Position numbers and translations under genes: made by a program. Positions 18,253-30,200 of a stretch of 64,000 bases of DNA are shown one piece after another. The stretch is taken from positions 10,991 to 74,990 of IMG/VR virus record IMGVR_UViG_3300027914_001438. One strand, given 5' to 3'. Numbering within the stretch: position 1 is the stretch's first letter; each line of letters starts with the position of its first letter. The notes beneath the pieces were generated by a model. That model did not search any database. It had not been told where the DNA came from and saw nothing but the letters and a program-made list of their open reading frames with translations. The stretch comes from a virus (taxonomy: Duplodnaviria; Caudoviricetes).

Positions 18253-21200
18253 ATGGCGATATTTGAAACGCGTGAAGAGTTCGTCGAAGACTACAAGACG
18301 AGGTACCCGCAGTTCGGAAACGTAGGCCCGCAGACCCTGTACTCAACGGCCTATCATTTGGACCCGGAAGGCACCGCCGCAAGCATATCCGGGGACTCTT
18401 CCCCGTTTTTCACGGAGTCTTCCCAGCTTCTGAACGGGCACCGCAGCGTCACGCCCGAGCTTGCCGACGCGTCAGACGAGGAGGTCGCGGTTGATTTCGC
18501 AGCCAAGGCACCAAGTATCGCAGCCGCTTGGGGACTTGGTGGCCCGCATACGGGCGCGGACACTGCCGGCATGGAGAAGAAGGGCGTGCCGCCGGAGATG
18601 ACAGAGGAAGAGAAACGCCAGGAGACTTTCTCCCGCATGTTCGGTGACTGGTACGGGCCGATGCCGTCCAAGCCGCTGGAAGAATACGAGTCAGGGAAAA
18701 AGCTGCTGGAGCTCGGCAAGAAGAACCTCGAGGGCCGGGCCGGATTTTTTGAGGGCTTCATGGGGACCAGGAAGTCGGACTTCATCCCGTTTGGCGAGAT
18801 CTTCGGGTCTACCGCTGACATCGTCGACATGATAAAAATCGGCAATAAGATGAAAGATGGCGACTTCTCCGACGTCTCGGAGGACGAAGTCGTAAAGTTC
18901 AACCTGCTGATGCAGCAGATGAAGCGGATGGACGAGGGCGGATGGAAGTCCCTTGCGGGTAATATTGTAAAGACTTCCATAATGATGGGCCTTGAGATCG
19001 GGACCACCCTGGGTCTCGGCACGCTGTTTGGAGTCGGCGGCAGGATCTTGTCGGCGTCCAGCAGCGCGAGTAAACTGGCGGCAGGGAAGACGTTAAAGAC
19101 CCTTGGCCAGATGCTCGCCGGAAAGAAGGCGGAGATATCCGTGCTTCAGAAAGTGATCAGCAAGGGTGAGAAGGGCCTGTTAAAGGCTACCGGCAAGAAG
19201 GTCGGGAAAGAGGCCGGGGAAGAAGTAGCGGAAGAGGCGGCAAAGAAGGTTGGAAAGAAGTTAGTTGGCAAGAAGGCCGGGGAAGAGACTCTGGAATCCA
19301 TAGCAGAGAAGAAGACCCAGTTAACAGCGCTGCAAGATTCCGCAGCCAAAATACAGGACGCGCTCGCCAAGGAGCGCACGAGGGCCGGCGTAATCTCGAC
19401 GTTCGATGAAGCCGTGCTCCGCGCCGCCGGAAGCCTGGACGACGCTGCGGTCGGCGTGAGACAGATGACCGGGGTTCGCGGATTCTTCGGAGGCCGCGCC
19501 ATGATGGGCCGGGCCTTTTTGGACGAACTCGGAAGCATGACTTCTGAAGGCCTGGCTGGAAAGTTCGGCGGCAAAGTCGCCGAGAATTTTTTGAGGGGCG
19601 CTGCTTCTTTCGGAGTGGCCGGAGGGGCAATCGCTACTGCACAGGTCGGATTGAAGACGGCCATAGAGCTGCTGGCTTCCATCGCCACAACCGGTGAGCC
19701 GGTGACCTCGTCGGGCGCGCGCATACAATTGCGTCGCATGTTTGAGGGCAAGACTGAGGAAGATCAGAAGTCGTTCGCGGCAGGCCTCGGGGACTTGTTC
19801 ATCGAGTATTTCTCAGAGTATTCAGGCGAGTATCTTTCTGCCATGCTGACCGCAGGGGTGGGCGGGCTTCCCGGGGCCAAGGGCGCATCCGCCGCGTGGA
19901 AGAAGGTCTCGAAAGAGGTCGGCAATAAGATATCGAGGGCCCTGGCCGCCGGGTCGAATGCTGCCAATATACCTGTGGACGCCGTAAAAAACAAGGCGGC
20001 CTCAAAGATGGTGAGCGTGTTCAAGACCATGTTCGCCGTAGAGCGCGGAGGGGCTGTGGGCCCCTCGGAGTTTATGGCCAACCTTCGCGCGATGGGCTAC
20101 AGCAGTATATTTGGTGAGTGGCTAGAAGAGCGCTTTGGCGGATTCCTGCGCGGGCTTACCGGGCTGGAGGGCGATGAGCACAAGTCCTACATGCGCAACA
20201 TAGTTGAGTCCAGCTTCCCCGCGAACAGCGATCAGGCTATAGCCGAGCTCGTAGCCTTCTCCATTCCCGGTACGGCAAACCTTGCCATGCGCCACCTTGG
20301 AAAGATCATGACACTTGAGGATGACAGCGCTTACAAAGAGAGCGCGAAGCTGTACAACAGGAGCATAGGCAAACTGGCTGGCAGAATGCAGGATACTCTG
20401 ATACGCAACAAAGCGGCGATACGTGACGAGGTGCTGCAGGATAGAAGAAAGGCTATAGCGGAGCGGGAAGTAGAGATAATTCCTGAGACTGAAAAGGAGC
20501 GTACCGCCAGAGAAGCGGCCATAAAACAGAAGGACGAGCAGATAGCGGAAATTGAGGCGAAGCGCGCGGAGCTGGAGAAGAACAAGCCGGCAGATGGAGC
20601 CAGCGAAGAGGATAAGAAAGCGCATGAAGCCTCTGTTAAAAAGATGGGCGCGGCTATAGACAGCCTGAAGAAACAGCGTGACGATATCCGGGCGCCCGGA
20701 GAGGCTAAGGAAGAAGCTCCGGAAGCGGCACCGGAAGCGGCACCGGAAGCCGAGAAAGAACGCAAGCCCTCCCGGCTGAAAAAGCTCGGCGATAAGGCTG
20801 CTCCAAGATACTACAAGTTGTCCCGAGAGATAGACGGAGCTGTTGATTCTGTTATAGAGAAACTGTCGATGGAGTCCCGCAGTGATACAGTTGCCCCCGC
20901 GGAGGTGATAGCGGAAGAGCTTAAACTCGAATTGGCGCGGCGCGCAGAGAAGAAGGGCCTCGGGGATATATCTGATGTGCTGGCTCGCATAACCCCGGCG
21001 TCTGTATCACACTTAACTGCAAATTTCACAGAAGCTGCTACCTTAAGGAACGAATCCAATATGATCCTGCGCCGCAGAGACGCGATGGACATGGTTTCCG
21101 GAACTGGCATACGGTCATTCTTCTTTGATCTGGCGAACACGTTCTTCGAAAAGACTCTCGGCGTTCATTACTACACGCAGGGGGCAGCCGAGGCCGCTGG

Positions 21201-24200
21201 AATCGGGGCAGGGGGCTTCGGAAAGACATACACTGAGCTTGCGTACCGAGCTGGGTTTGTGCACTCACTCAATCGTAATTACACTTTATGGAAAAAGGAC
21301 GTGAACCAGAGAGTAGCGCGCGCCCGCAGTATCCTAAAACGGGAACTTACGCCCGACGAAGAATCGCGGGTGTATAACAAGGCCCTCGAAACGGCCGCGC
21401 AGCGGTATCAGGCCGACGCGCTCGCTTACGCGAAAGTGGCAAACTTCTCAAACGAGCTGTTGCCATACGAAAAGGACATTATCGCCAAGGCGTTGCGGCA
21501 TGAATACGACCTCGGGCTCCGCGAGGAAGGGTCCGCGTCAACGAAGGATGTGCTGGATGAATTCTTAAGCATGTTCAATGGGCCGAGTAACGAATGGAAA
21601 AATCTGCACAGGGCCAAGTCAGGATCTCACATGGAACAGCTGCTCCACGACAACCCCAAGCAGGCGGGGCTGGCAATTCAGGTGCTCGCGCGCCTTCGCG
21701 GAATACTCCCGCCCTTCCAGGAAGTGTCTCACGAACTGAACTGGCTCGGCTCTTTCGGAGAACACATACTGAACATACTTACTCCACCGGGCGAGGGTGC
21801 AACAGAAGAGGAGATAAAGGCGCACTCCGACAGGTTCAATGCGCTTATAGATGAGCTTGCAGATGAGGAAGGCAAGCCGCCGAAGCCTTACGGTTTTGCA
21901 TCGAAAGAAGAAGCGCTCGCATTTTTAATTGGCGCAACCCGCGTATTCCGCCTGCCTGAACTGATGTCCGGGGCAAAGATAACCGCCCCCGATTTCACGC
22001 GCGACAATGCAGCTCTTGACTTCTTCAAGGACTATTTCATTAACATGCTTGCCTTACTGGACTCCCGGTACATACCGGAGACTCTGAAGGATGTGGTCGA
22101 CAATACGTCGAAGGACAAGTTCATCGGCCTGTACAACGGGCTGGTCGCCACTGGCCTTGCTGTCGGCGGGGTTACCAACAGAATGCGCGAAGAGGGACGC
22201 CCGGACCCAAACAGTTTTGCAGACGCTATATACATGCTGATGGTTGGCGACGCTTTAAAGCGCGACTGGGTTCCGACTCCGGCGTTTATGATTCTTGCAT
22301 ACGCTGCGGGTGTCGACGTCAGCAGCGACGCGGCACTGGCTTCCTGGACGCAGGCCGCAAGCCGCGCCATGGCTGTCGCGGCCGCCACGCTGCAGCCGAG
22401 GCAGTATCCGAATGTAAACGATGTGCTTAAGGTATATCGCGACAAGTTTGGATTCATGCCCAGGGAGACGGGTGACGACTACGCTGACGCTATCGTTATA
22501 AAAGTGAACCGGGCGGACGGCGCTGCTGCGGATAAGTGGGACTCTGCAGTGGTGGTCGCTTTGAGCGAGTACAGTAAATATCTTGAAGAGGACAGCAATC
22601 CGGAATACGAGCACACCATAACGCAGGCTGAACTGGCCGACAACCGGGTGAAAATACCGCCGCCGGCCCCTACATTTATAATAGCTCCGGGCAACATATC
22701 TTACCGCATGACCCGGCGCACGCTGCAACTGGTATACCCGTCTGTGTACAAGCAGATAGCCTCTGATCCGTATAATCACATACTGCACTACGCCAATGCG
22801 GACCGGTCAGAAAGTCCGGAAGACATCTTCACTTTCGCCGAGGGGTCATACAACAATACGTACGGTGGCGGAATAATATATGTCACTCCGCACGGCATGA
22901 ACAGCCTCGGACTAGTGGAAGACACTCTCGAGATACTGCATAAGCAGGGGTCTGAAGAGGCTGACGGAATGGATATACCCGCGTTCTTCTACGACAAAAA
23001 GAATAAAACCGGATACGTGGCGAGCGTGCTGTCCGCGCTCAAAGAAGCCGATATGGACGAGACGACTGCCGAGGGGCGGGCGAGAAAGCGTTTGCTCGAC
23101 TACCTTATAGCCGCCACAAGTTACATGGATTCCAAGAACGGAGCGGAACAGGCGCTCGGTCGTGAGATGCTGATGGAGATGCTCGTGAAGACAGTGGCGT
23201 TGTTCACCCTGGACTTCCAGTACGCGCGATCAATGAACGGGCTGCCGGCCGGCGCCGCACTGGTTGAAGAGGCCTTTGTAGCATTCAAGACAGTCGGGAA
23301 AATGGAGATAGACAAGCCCGCATCGGGTGAGAAAAGTGACGTGCAGCGCGACCTGTTGAACAGGGCTTTGCAGTTCTATTCCGCACGCGGCCTCACAGCA
23401 GATTTAATAGATGACCTCAGGTATGAGCGCGACGCGATTTTCGTAGGGCACACACCAACGGCCGGCACCTCTTCCGAGCTGCGTGGAGTACGGTCGCGTC
23501 TGCCAGGCCCTAAAGGTAAGAAGATCCGAAAGCGCGCCGCCAATATGAGATTCCAGGAAGGCGATGAGGTAATAGTCTTGTCCGATTCCGGGAAGGTCGA
23601 GGGCGTTGCTGAACTTACTGGAAAATCTTATGTGTCTGGAACTGGCAGGCTGATTGCCGGCGCTAGGAAAACTATGGGCCAGCCGAAGGTATTCGCGAAG
23701 ACTCGGGTTATCGCGTTTGGCGGAGAATCAGTGCATAAGGGAGAGGGCGTCGGCGTGCCTGAGACCAGAGAGGTAACCACCCTCCCAAAAGTCGGCAAAG
23801 TTAAAGAGGCGTGGGATAAGGTAAAAGAAGCCCACGCTGACCGAACGAAATATATGAATGCCACCGGGCTAAACAAGATGATCCGTGGCAATATTTTCAG
23901 CAGGTTCCCGGATGTATTGTCATTCTTAAAAGTAAAAGAAAACACACTCGCGCTTGCCGACAAGGGCGTGACTCCCGAAGAGGCAGCCAAGAAACTTGAA
24001 GAACTGGACGCCGCGCACCTCGAGGCATGGGCCGCCTTTGAAGCCGCTGTAAAAGAGGCTAATCTTCCGTACTCATCCGTGTTCGAATCCGTGGCAGGCA
24101 GGCATACAGTTCTTGACGGTATCACTTCCCGCAACGTCTATATCGAGCGCGAGAGTATAAACGACGCGCCGAAGAAGAAGAAGGTGGTCGGCAAGGCTTT

Positions 24201-27200
24201 GAACTGGCTGGCAACTGCGATAGTAAGCAAGATGCGCGCCGGTACCAAGGCACGAAGGGACTCAGGCACGTTGTCCTCAGCGTCGCTGGGGAACATAGAC
24301 AGGGGCATGGAAGACGGCAGTCGCGGAGGCGAGGAGCTCGCCACGATGCTTACCGGAACGACGCCCGTGAAGAACCCCATGATAGAAGCCGGAAGAAAGG
24401 CGATACGCAAGTACGTCCCCGACGACGCTATAAGCGGGATAGAAATATTCCTGCGCACCGACAACAAAGACGACATAATGCTTATCACTTTCGCAGATGG
24501 GATTATAACGTGGGAAGAGAACGGCGAGAAGCACGCTATCGTACTTGAGATTAAGACTAAGAGCGCGAAGTCCAACCCGCTGCTCAACGAAGATTTTATG
24601 GGGGTGCAGGAAGGCGACACACTGTCGGAGAACGAGGCCGGGCTGCTGCAGACGTATGGTGAAATACGCGCGCTCATGGACCTCGGGTGGAAAGAGGAAA
24701 ACATTATCGGCCTGCGCGTGCTGGCCGGCCGCGAGAAGACATCCTCCGGCGCTATTAACCTAAAGCTGTTTGAGCACCGCGCTCCATCGCCCGCCACCAC
24801 AATGATAGAAGATCCTTCCGACGTGAGGGACCTCAGTGACTTGGGCACTATAGTCACCGGAAGCATAAAGACCCGGGAAGCCGGCACGCTGGAGGAAGCG
24901 TACAACTTGTTCCTTAAACGTCTCGGCAAAGAGGGGGTTCCACGTGAGCCCGCGTCCGAACCCGATGAGGCTGCCCCGGAGGTCCCGTCCAACAACGAGG
25001 TGCCGACGTCGTCGAAAGGCGAGGAAGAAAAGACCTCCGGCGAAGAGGTCCCGGGCACGAAGAAGGCCAATAAGATAAAGAGGGGCCAGCGCGGAACGCG
25101 GTCCATAGCCAAAGTCCCCGAGGCCCCAAGAGCCCGGGCGAAGAAGGCCGCTCCAAAACTCAGCCGCCACAGCGGAGACGACAGGCGCGGCACCCGGTCG
25201 ATCACCAGCTATGTCACGTCATACTTCAAAATGGTGGACTCTCTTGGAGCTTCCGGAACAATCTCCCGGAGGGCGGTGTCCGGAATAGGCGCGGCAGTGG
25301 CCCGCGCGGCCATAGCAGGCGATGAAGACAACGGGGCATTCGATAGCAATGAGCTGTCCCGGTACCTCGGCGCGCTGGAAGTAGCCAGGAACGTATCAAG
25401 AACCAAAGAAACAGTCGGCCTGCATTCCGCGGTGGCTGTCCTAAGCAGTTATCTGCGCAGGAACAAGAATGGGCCGATGGCCCAGGATTCCCGCGAGTCC
25501 CTGGCGGATGTGGCGCTGTGGATATATTCTGTGCTCAGCGACGAGGCATACAGGCCCCTGCGCACACAGATGCAGCTGCCAGGCGATGGATCACACGCCG
25601 ATGCGTTCTCTATAGCGCTGCTCGCCTCGAGGGTGTACATGGACACCGTGGCGCTGTCCTATTTTATAGAGGACGTCATGGCCCTCGGCGAGGAGACGCT
25701 TGGTGAGAAGAGACTTGGTGACTTGCGCGCCATGCTCGAGTGGGTGAAGAGCACCCCGACGCTCGACATGCGCAAAGCCCTTGAAGACGGGCTAACTCCG
25801 GCGACCAGAGAGATGCTGGAAAACGGGACTGACCTTGAGCTGCACGAAAAATCTGTGATGGCCAAGGACTCCATAGAGCGCATGGCGGAAGTGCTGGCAG
25901 ACCAGCCGGAGCATGACGGCTACCTTACTCCGATGCTCGGCACAGTGCCGAAGTCCGCCCTCAAAAGCTCTGAGGCGGTGCAGCGCGCGCGGCAATCTGT
26001 GGAGTACTACTCCCGCATAACGGCCAGTGTGCTCAAGGCGTGGGCGCGGGATTCGAAGGCCGGAACGGAGGACGCCATCAGCAAGCTGGCGCTGGATGAG
26101 AACCTTGGCGAGCTTGATCTCAGGGTATTTAAAGTGGCCGCAGTGTCCGGCATGCCGTACAGCAAGTTCAGCGAAGTGATAGGGCGCGCGTCGTCCCTCA
26201 TGGAGTTTCGCCTGCTGCAGTACCAGGATGAGACCAAATTCCGGTCGTCCGCTCTGGTTGAGCACCGCGGCAGCCTGAATAAATCCGGAAGCATCGCCGC
26301 CCTCGCACTGCGTGGACTGTACTCCTTCATGAACAAGTCGTCGCTGTTTTCAAATAACACCTCTGCCCCCGGCGAGCTCGGGCGCATGCAGAATAAGTTC
26401 AAGCCGCTCCGGGCGTTCGTGTACGAGAACTATACAGAAGAATCTGCCGTGGACGTGCGCAGGCTGGCGTCCGTTTTGCTGGAGAAGATCAAGGCCGTAG
26501 GTCTGGACATGGACCCGGACCTGAGAGAAGAACTTATGAGTGTTGTTGACACCGCTACGGCGATAGTGTCTCGCCTTATCAAGGCCTCCCGCGCCGTGGA
26601 CATAGATCCGGATACTGTACGGTACTTTGCCGAACTGACAGACAAGGAGTACGTTCGCAGCCTGGACCAGGCCGCGTTCAATGAGCTTGCCAAAGACGCC
26701 GGCCTTCTGGTATCGGCATGGGCGGACGCCCTGTCGGAATTCACGTCTACTCTCGAGCGCACAGGCGACGCAACCCTGGCCAAGGCGAAGGCATACGAGG
26801 CCTTTGCCGGTTTTAAAGTAAAGTCCGAGGCAGACGCGTTCTCGCAGGGGATAGTGGCGAAGTTCCTGAGTTCGCTCGCGGGATTCCGGTCGTCCAACGC
26901 CACCGTGGATCAGTCCACTTTCACCACTACACAATTTGACCTCGTAGTCCTTTCCGCTATACGCGCGCTTGGTCCCGAGTTTGAGAAGGCTACCGCCGAC
27001 CAGCTCGTGTCTGTTCAGCTCCGCACCGGAAGAGATGTGCTGTTCCACAAGCTCAGCCCAAAACACCAGCGCCGCGTGCTAGAGGATATATCGGCTATCA
27101 ACAGGGACGACGGAATGGTGTACGTCCCGGTTATGCGCGCCGACAGAAAGGGGGCCTATCTGCTGAGCCTTCCCGAAGCGGCCCTTAGAGACAAAGCGGA

Positions 27201-30200
27201 AAAGATTCTTGGGGTCCTGAACGGAAAGAGCAACCCCACCGAACAGGATATAGAGGCGCTCAAAGTGTACTCCATCGACAATCGTGAGCGCCTGGTTGCC
27301 GCCGGGAACTACCTGATGGCGGAAGCCGCGTTCGGCACTGAGGCAGTACCCCAGCTGTTCCGGAATATCGAGTTCCTAAAACGACTGCGCCAGTACAATA
27401 CCGGATACAAAAAGGTTCCATCCATCCGCATGTCCAGCACCTCAGCTGCAGGGTCGCGCGGGCTGGGTGTGGACAACGGGGAACTTCCGATCTTCGCCAT
27501 TGACGAGATGACGATAACAACGAATGACGGAACGGTGTACACGAAGGACGCTATGGACGGACAGGGCGTGCTGTTTGACCGCGTGTATGACGTAGTTGCT
27601 CAGTCACTTGGATACAGCAGCATACCGGGATCGCTTAAACTCACCAACCTTGGAACCAGGTCCGGCGATGCGTACAAAGACACGAACGTGCTTGTTATGG
27701 CGAAGCCCAACTTTGTGCGTGCAGGAACGTACATGGACAGCAACGCGGTGCTGGAAAAAATAAAGTCCACATCCGGGCCGTCCGGAATTGGTCTCCTGAT
27801 GTCCGCCATAGAGCGGGAGCCGCGGCTGACCGGGGTAGTCGGCATACTTACCGGAGCCGCTAAAGTATTTTCGAAAGAGAACGCGCCGAGTGAGACCATG
27901 ACCATGGAACTTATTCACGACGGCAAAGTCGTCGGCGCTGTCACTATAAAGGGCAAACACGCTACTGCTTTCGCTGAGACATTCGCGCAGACTGCCCAGC
28001 TGGACGGAGCGAATCAGATGACAGAAGACCGGGCAAACAAGGGCATGCTTGCCGGCTCCAGCATATCGTGGGCGCGGGCTGACGCCGCGGCCGGGGCGAT
28101 GCTCGGCTACGCGCTGGCTGCGTACGGACTTATGTCATCAAAGTATGGGGAGAGCTCGCGTGAAGCGCAGAACATACTGAAGACATTTGACACGGCGAAG
28201 AGGTTCAACTTTGGCGATCAGGCCTACTTGGTTGAGAACGCCGGGATGAACCCGTTCCATCCGGCACTGGATGACGTGTATAAGAACGTGAGTATGCGCA
28301 GCTTCGGGGACGGCATTGTGGCGGAAGTGCCAAGGCACGACTCCACCGTCGTATCTGATCCCGGGAATTTTTCCGGCGTGCACGATGGTTCCGGCTCAAC
28401 ACCCGCCACGTTCCGCGCAAATATAGCGGGAGCGCAGGGCGCCGTACGAATACGGCTGCCCGGCGTGAAGAGCGCAGCGTCCGCGCGGGCACGAATTGCC
28501 GATATGCTGGAGACAGCGGTACGTATTTCAGAACTGTCGGGCGACTTGGAGGGCGACGACCTTAAGGACTTCCTGAGCATAAGCAAGTACTTGTTCGAGG
28601 AGACCGGAGAGCCCCTGTCCTTCACGAAGTCGCTTCGCGGGCTGCTCACTTATGACCAGACAATAGATCCCGCATCCCTGTATATAGAGCAGGACAGCAA
28701 GACGGGCGACCTTCTGGTGTTCCCGACACACGGGACTATTAACCGCATCCCGACGCATTCCATCGTTACTATAAACAGCGCCGCCTATCTTGGCCCGGCC
28801 ACGTACGACTACGACAGCGTTACTGTGCGCGATACTGCGACCGGAAAACTCGTGCAGTCGTACCGCGCGGTGGCTCACCGCGACAACATATCTATCATAG
28901 CCATAGAGACCGCGGAACGGTGGGGTTCAGACGTAGACGCCGATGCGCTGCACTTCATGCAGACTATAATACCGGGACGCAGTACGGAGTACCGCGGATC
29001 GATGAACGCTATAATGCAGAAGGTGGACGCCGGCACTGCGGACGAGACAGACATGAAGTGGCTTGCCTATCACATGGCGAATGAACTTGAGCGCGCCGCC
29101 GCCGAGGTGGACCCGGATACCATAGCCTCTGCGGGGCTTATCAACCCGGGCGCCTACGACGAGGTCCTTATCAAACTCACCGGTGATCTTGGAAGCATCC
29201 TTGGCACAGATGAGCGCACGGTGGCGGAAGCCGCGAAAGCCGGAATGACTCCGGAGTTCGCGAGCCTCCCGAAGGTACTGTCCACGCTGGACAGCATAGC
29301 GGCCAAATCAAGAGAGGCCCGCAGCGGAGCCATGAATGCCCAGGACGTGCTGACGTTCCTTACAAACGTGCCCGGCCTCCGGCTATTCGGCGATACGTCC
29401 GAGGAGCCGCTGTTCACCTCTAAGCGTGGAGGGACTCTGCGCCTTGAGAACAGGGATATGTCCACTCCGGAGCGTGTGGCAAAGATTATGGTGTCGGTGA
29501 ACGCTGTGAACGTTATTATTGATATGCTGAAACTGGCTCCCCGGTACGCCCTGCGCTTCGACATGTCCGCCCCGTTCGTTGCCGCTCTGCTCGGGAGCCG
29601 CGTGTCCATGACCCCTAGAACGGAGCTAGATTCGATAAACAAATTCGGAGCCGACTATGTGAGGAACGACCCTACGTCTGCATTAAACTTCGTGCAGACG
29701 TGGGTAGATTTCTGGAACGAAGATCCGGGCGCGCTGCTGTACAACCGCGCAATGGCTGTGATAGAGGAAGATCGGGATCGTGCGAACGTACCCACCCAGT
29801 GGTACGGAAATTTTGGAATACTTGCCGCGCTTATTAGCCAGTTCATGGAGGAAGAGAAGGAAGCCACCGGGCAGTATCCAAATATGACGAAAGGGTCTGA
29901 GGACAGCGATAGATTCAACGACATGATACACGCCATTAAGGAATTGTTCCTGGCCGGGGAAGACATCATGCGGCTCGGCGGGTTCCTGAAGTTCGCGTAC
30001 GACCCGGCGGGGGCGAACGTGTACAAGATGTTGTCCTACCTAAGCCTCATCGAAAGGATAGAATCGCCGAAGCTGCGCAAGGATAAAGACGGCAATGAGA
30101 TTCCGCCGAGAGTTGACTTCCGGGGTATAACAGGGACGTCTCTGTACAAGCTGAATAAAAAGGCTGTAGAGCTCGCGCTGAAAGAGCGGGAGAAGTTCGG

